Below, one piece after another: positions 58,867 through 64,000 of a DNA stretch of 64,000 nt (position 1 is the stretch's first letter; the number at the start of each line of letters is the position of its first letter). This DNA comes from Felis catus (Eukaryota): contig NC_058368.1 of assembly GCF_018350175.1 (NCBI RefSeq), positions 116,810,001 through 116,874,000 of the forward strand. The letters run 5' to 3'. The position numbers and the translations under genes are program-made. Below the pieces are notes generated by a model, which was not told the origin of the DNA, searched no databases, and saw only the letters and a program-made list of their open reading frames with translations.

Positions 58867-59472
58867 GCAAGTGAAGTGTCTACAGAGAGGTACCACGGAG
58901 AGTTTGGAAGCTACTCTTCCATGCCTTTTTCATTGCATACATAACTGGGTGCTTGAAGGACCCAATAAATAGCATCCTTCTTCCTTGCCCAGAGTAATGA
59001 ATAAATTGATAAACAAATGAATGGCCTAAGAAAGCCAGAGTGCTACTTTTGTTAATGATACAGATGAGTTAGAGGAGGCAAATTAGTTTGAGTGCCAAAT
59101 TTAGGGACTAACTGAACCCCATACTAGTCAGGGCTTCTATCCCAGCATCAGGCAGGAAGGATAGCACTGAGGAGCAGAAGAGAACCAGTATTCACAGTGG
59201 GTAGTTCATTTCCAAGAGGCAAAGGGGCAGAGTCAAGTCAAGAATTAATAGTTTATTCTCTCCCACATTGCCAAGCACATTAGTGACTCCAATCCCCTGA
59301 GGCAGAGTGAGCAAGGGGCATAGAAAAGCTAAGAGTGTGACTCTGAGTCCCCTTTGCATATAAGGGAGCATCAGGAAAGAAAAGATGCATTTTTCTGTAA
59401 ATACATATATATATTTTAAAGGATCATACTAGTATTTTCTGTCACTTGCTTTTTCCCATATAAATATAAATC

Positions 59473-59695
59473 TTTTTTTAAATTTTTTAAACGTTTTTAT
59501 TCATTTTTTTTGAGACAGAGAGAGACAGAGCATGAACGGGGGAAGGTTAGAGAGAGAGGGAGACACAGAATCTGAAACAGGCTCCAGGTTCTGAGCAGTG
59601 AGCACAGAGCCGGACGTGGGGCTTGAACTCATGGACCTCGAGATCATGACCTGAGCCGAACGGACACCCAACCGACTGAGCCACCCAGGCACCCC
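59473..59695 (-). mobile_element. CAN-SINE (SINEC_Fc-like)
   Basis: TSD ataaatctttt. Confidence 0.9.
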
Positions 59696-60121
59696 GATAA
59701 ATCTTTTAAATCATTTACACATATTTCCTGACATGGTTATATAATTTACTTAACCGGTCCCTGTTCATTGATATTAAAGGTTTTGTATATTTTTACCACT
59801 GTAAACAGCACTACAATGAACACTCTTTTACCACGTTTGGCACATTAGTCCAGTATTCCTGCAAGATAGGTTCCAAAAGTAGAATTACTAAGTAAAACAA
59901 TATGCACATTAAACCTTTTATACACATTACAAAATTGGCCCCTGGAAATGCAGTATACTCCTACAGTCAGTTTATAAGAATTTCTACACCTTGCTTAATG
60001 GATATTATTAGTCATTTTCATCTTCGAAAATAAGATAAGCAAACCACTATGGTTTAATTTGTACGTCTTTGATTACCAAACAGTTGTACCCTTTTCCATC
60101 AGAAGATTATGATTTAATTGA

Positions 60122-60865
60122 TGTGACAGGGTTGTAGTGTAAGCTAAGTGATAATTGGCTTTTCTTTTTGTAATGCAATTGCCTGATTTAAGTTTTGATT
60201 ATTGAGGCATTCACTTTAACAGGCACCCACCTCGAAGATGGCTATTTCAAGTGGCAGTGCCAGCTGAGAGACTGGAAAAAGAGCTGCCCCCCACTCCCCG
60301 TCTTTGTTAATTTCCATACCTGGCCTTTCTGGTAGCTTGTTTTTTCTCTCCCCACATTTTATTTTTTATTTTAACGTTTACTTTTGAGAGACAGAGGGAA
60401 ACAGAGCACGATTGGGGGAGGGGCAAAGACAGAGGGAGGACACGGAATCTGAAGCAGGCTCCAGTCCCTGAGCTGTCTGTCTGCACAGAGCCCTACACGG
60501 GATTTGAACTCAAGGAGCTGTGAGATAATGACCTGAATTGAAGTCCCATGCTTAACCAATTCACCGCCCAGGAATCCCTCTCCCCATGCTTTAAATTCTC
60601 ACTCTTATGTTTTAAATTACGAGTGAGGCCACGAGAACCTTGCCACCAATAAAAGCAGAACCCCAGACCCACGTGTGCTCAGGCCTACGCATGCGCCCAT
60701 GCTCCCCTGCCCTCTGTATACAGCGACCCTGCCGTTGGCCCCAGCTCTGCCACATAACTTCCATGATCTGTAAGTTATAAAGCTTTCTCTTTTTCCTTCA
60801 GAGTTTCCTTTTGGGTATTGCTGGGAGCGTCTTGCAATCATAAGAACCACATGGGCCTATCGAGC
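60122..60865 (+). mobile_element. Probable old LTR interrupted by an antisense SINE (60356-60578)
   Basis: TG start, LTR-like architecture (aagatggc, ccaataaaagc, late taagttataaagc); family not identified. Confidence 0.45.
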
Positions 60866-61909
60866 CACAAGCGTGGATATTGATAGGCTGAGATCAGCAC
60901 AAGAGCAGGTGTCAAATATTTACCAGGGTACAAGATGCCTTTAAGTATCCAGGCAGCAAATTTGGCTTTAAAACAGTGTGAAAAATTGATGGTGTTATTT
61001 GGCCCAGTAGGTATGTTAGATAGATTACAGTGTGTGATCTCAGAATCAATATTCAGTCCATATATTTGTGCAATAGATAATTACCATAATAAATGCAGAC
61101 TTGACGTTTCAGTAGAAGGATGCATTAGGTCTGTGTCCCGAGAGGTTTGCTGAATCGGGAGCTTAGAAACAGTGGAGCACAGTGGGCCAACTGCCTTTCT
61201 TCTAGACTTCTACCCTTCAGTCTTCAGAGCGACCCTAAGACCACACCAGAACATGTAAGATTTTGTCTTCCATTCTCCTCAAAAGTAGCCCACATGTCAT
61301 TGTCCTGGATCTCTGCACACATTGATAGAAGTCTAACTCCCCAAGTGGCAGACATGGAGACTTTAGGTGTGGGTCTTAGATTTATGAAAGACTTGGAAAT
61401 GTGCATTAATAATACAATGGAGAGGGGAAATGGGAGAGAAAGATAATACTATTAAAAGTAATAAGTGATATAGCAGTTTGGATTAGTTTAGGTTATATTT
61501 TTTAAAAAACTGCAATATATTTTCAGAATAAAAATGATGGAAGTTCTATCTCTCTCATAAAAAGAAGTCTGGAGATAGAGAGTCCCAGCTGATAGGGTAG
61601 CCTTACTATGACATTAGGGACCTAAGATCGTATCTTCTACTCAGTGATCCCCAGCATGAGACTTACTCATTGTCAAGGTCTCCCATAATTAAATATGGCG
61701 GTTAGACTGCCAGCCATTTCAGGAACGGGAAGGAAGGGAAGTCTTTTAAAGGTTTCCCACAAGTCCCACCTAACATGTCCATTTATATATCACTGGCAAA
61801 AAAAAAAAAAAATCATATGGTCAAAACCAGTTGCAAGGATGTGTGTGACCAACTAAAACACAGGGTTCTTTGTCTAAAGAGAATATAATCTGTCATAAAT
61901 GGATCAATT

Positions 61910-62142
61910 TTTTTCTTAAAAAAATTTTTTTAATGTCTTATTTATCTTTTTTTTTTTTTTTTGAGAGAGAGAGGGAGAGGGTGCAAGTGGGGGAGGGGCA
62001 GAGAGAGAGGGACACAGAGGATCCAAATCGGGCTCTGTGCTGACAGGCTGACAACAGTGGGCCTGATCTGGGGCTCGAAATCATGAACCACTAGAGATCA
62101 TGACCTGAGCTGAAGTCGGATGCTCAACTGACTGATCCACTA
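61910..62142 (-). mobile_element. CAN-SINE
   Basis: Reverse SINEC body; flanking ggat(c/g)aattttt. Confidence 0.85.
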
Positions 62143-62559
62143 AACGGATGAATTTTTAAAAATAATCTCAAAGTGGGGAAAGATTTTATAAGCATGACAA
62201 TACTAAAGTGATAAAAGATGAAATATTTTTTATAAACAAATTTTTAAAAATTGTATTGCAAGACCACCATGAACAAAATCAAAAGGCAAAATATCTACTA
62301 ATGTCACAAATAAGGGCTAATTTCTATTCATAGAAGTAATTCCTGCAAATTGAGAAAAGCCCTCAAAACAAATAGAAAAATGTACAAGGGACATTTCACA
62401 GAAATGAAAATACATGCAGATGTTTTAAACATATGGTTCAAACAAATTCAAAACACAACTCCTTTGAGATAAACTTTTTTCATCCATTGATTGGAAATGG
62501 TTACAAAGTTTAATGCCACAGTGTGCTAGCAAGGGTGCAATTCACCAGGTGTTCTCATT

Positions 62560-63074
62560 TGTGGTCTTTCACATACTTACTTGTACCTTCCCTCATGTGC
62601 TCTAAATTTAACCCCTGATGCTGCCTGTTGCTGCCATAAACAAAATCTTCTGTGACCTTAGACTCATTTCTGAGGACAGGGTCCTGCCTCAAGCATGCAT
62701 TTAAGTCTTTTGCTTTCTTTCCTAAGGCTTTTCTGACGTCTTATTAAGGGACTCTGGTCCTTAAAGATACAGGTTTACCCAGAAGTATGGGACTTAACAT
62801 TTCTGGGTCAACCTTCAACCAGTGAGTGATGAGAAACAAACGTTTATCTCAGTTGATCCTTGGGTGAACAAGTACAAGAGGCATCCTACACCCTTGTTTA
62901 ATGTTCTGGCTGGCTGAAACCTCAGTTGCTCACAGTGGCTATCTCAATAACGCATCCTGGATTGGCTTTTCTCTCTCTCACTTTTCCTGGTCCTTTGGAT
63001 CATCTCCCAAACTAATTACCTGTGCAGAAACTATTGTCTCAGTCTTTGCTTTTGAGAGTAATTTGAGCTCAGAC
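62560..63074 (+). mobile_element. ERVL LTR16/LTR33-like remnant
   Basis: Characteristic 3' end gatcatctcccaaactaattacctgtg...gtctcagtctttgctttt...ctcagaca. Confidence 0.6.
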
Positions 63075-63175
63075 ATATTGCTAATGAGATATAAATTGGT
63101 AAGAGTAATGTGACAATTTTTGCTATAATTTTTAAAAATACTGACCTAACAATTCCAGTTTAGAAATTTGTTTTA

Positions 63176-63320
63176 GGGACACCTGGGTGGCTCAGTTGGT
63201 TAAGTGTTCAATTCTTGGTTTCCACTCAGGTCACGATCTCATGGTTCGTGAGATCTTGTGCTGTCAGTGGATCCTGCTTGGGATTCTGTCTCTCTCTCTC
63301 TCTTCCCCTCCCCTGCTCTC

Positions 63321-63361
<41 letters not shown>

Positions 63362-63420
63362 TATGTGTGTGTGTGTGCGCTCTCTCTCTCTCAAAATAAA
63401 TTTTTAAAAATTTTAAAAAT
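63176..63420 (+). mobile_element. CAN-SINE with internal (TG)n
   Basis: SINE head, (TG)n expansion and A-rich tail. Confidence 0.85.
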
Positions 63421-63651
63421 AATTTATTTTAAAGAAATATACTAATAGTTGAGCATGTGTGAAGTGATGGTTGTAAAAGAATATGCATCACAACATTGTA
63501 TAATAACCAGGAATTAAAAAAAAAAACACCTCACTGAATCCCAAAATAGGACATTGCTTAAGTAAATGCTAGTATGATTCATACAATGAAATAGCAGGTG
63601 GTAAATAATAAGATAGCTTTATATGGAAAGATTTTTAAAACTAAGAGCAAT

Positions 63652-63779
63652 GGCATTCCTGGGTGGCTTAGTTGGTTAAGCATTTGACTCTTGATTTAGG
63701 CTCCAGTCATGATCTCACGGTTTGTGGGTTTTCAGGCCCTGCTTTGGGCTCTGTGCTGGCAGTGTAGAGCCTGCTTAGG

Positions 63780-63824
<45 letters not shown>

Positions 63825-63872
63825 GCCCCTCCCCTGTTCTCTCCCTCAGAATAAATAAACATTTGTTAAAAA
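63652..63872 (+). mobile_element. CAN-SINE with (TC)n
   Basis: SINE head, (TC)n, aataaataaac tail. Confidence 0.85.
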
Positions 63873-64000
63873 TTCTAAGTTTTAATTCCTAATTTAATTA
63901 ATCCTATAACTGTCTCAAAATAAATTTAAAATTTTTAAAAATAAAAACTAAGATCAATAGATTAAATTAGCATTTTGTAAAATATATGTGTATATATACT

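Noticed and set aside
1482..63872. tRNA-like A/B boxes in SINE heads
   Set aside because: tRNA-derived CAN-SINE heads, not tRNA genes; no full cloverleaf.
53000..64000. HS5-1 enhancer or first PCDHB gene
   Set aside because: No paired CTCF sites, canonical RE1 or cadherin ORF seen; HS5-1 is expected further downstream than this window reaches.
1..64000. CRISPR-like arrays, prokaryotic systems or a novel protein-coding gene
   Set aside because: No regularly spaced repeat-spacer array, and no unexplained long ORF or exon chain; the window is accounted for by PCDHA and mammalian repeats.

Overview
Mammalian genomic DNA from a felid (cat-family CAN-SINE/SINEC_Fc-type elements) covering the 3' end of the clustered protocadherin-alpha (PCDHA) locus on the + strand. 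It contains the CpG-island promoter and large variable exon of PCDHAC2 (ATG 4488 to donor 7046), the three shared constant exons (16696-16754, 19536-19624, 50253 onward), the alternative B-type C-terminal exon inside the A-type 3'UTR (50794-50864), a ~2.4 kb 3'UTR ending after AATAAA at 52948, and ~11 kb of downstream DNA. The spliced A-type protein is 1005 aa. The rest is intron or intergenic sequence rich in SINEC, L1, L2, LTR and DNA-transposon remnants. I see no new protein-coding system. The most interesting undescribed-looking details are a strong-Kozak uORF and GCG repeat before PCDHAC2, a 31-bp locally templated insertion inside a SINE, a SINE joined to a polyadenylated LTR-like fragment, a tail-to-tail SINE hairpin, an old ~80-bp duplicated unit with RFX-like motifs, a non-canonical REST-like site, and candidate intronic enhancers. 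Repeat family names are from recognition, not a database search; repeat ends are approximate unless a target-site duplication (TSD) is quoted.
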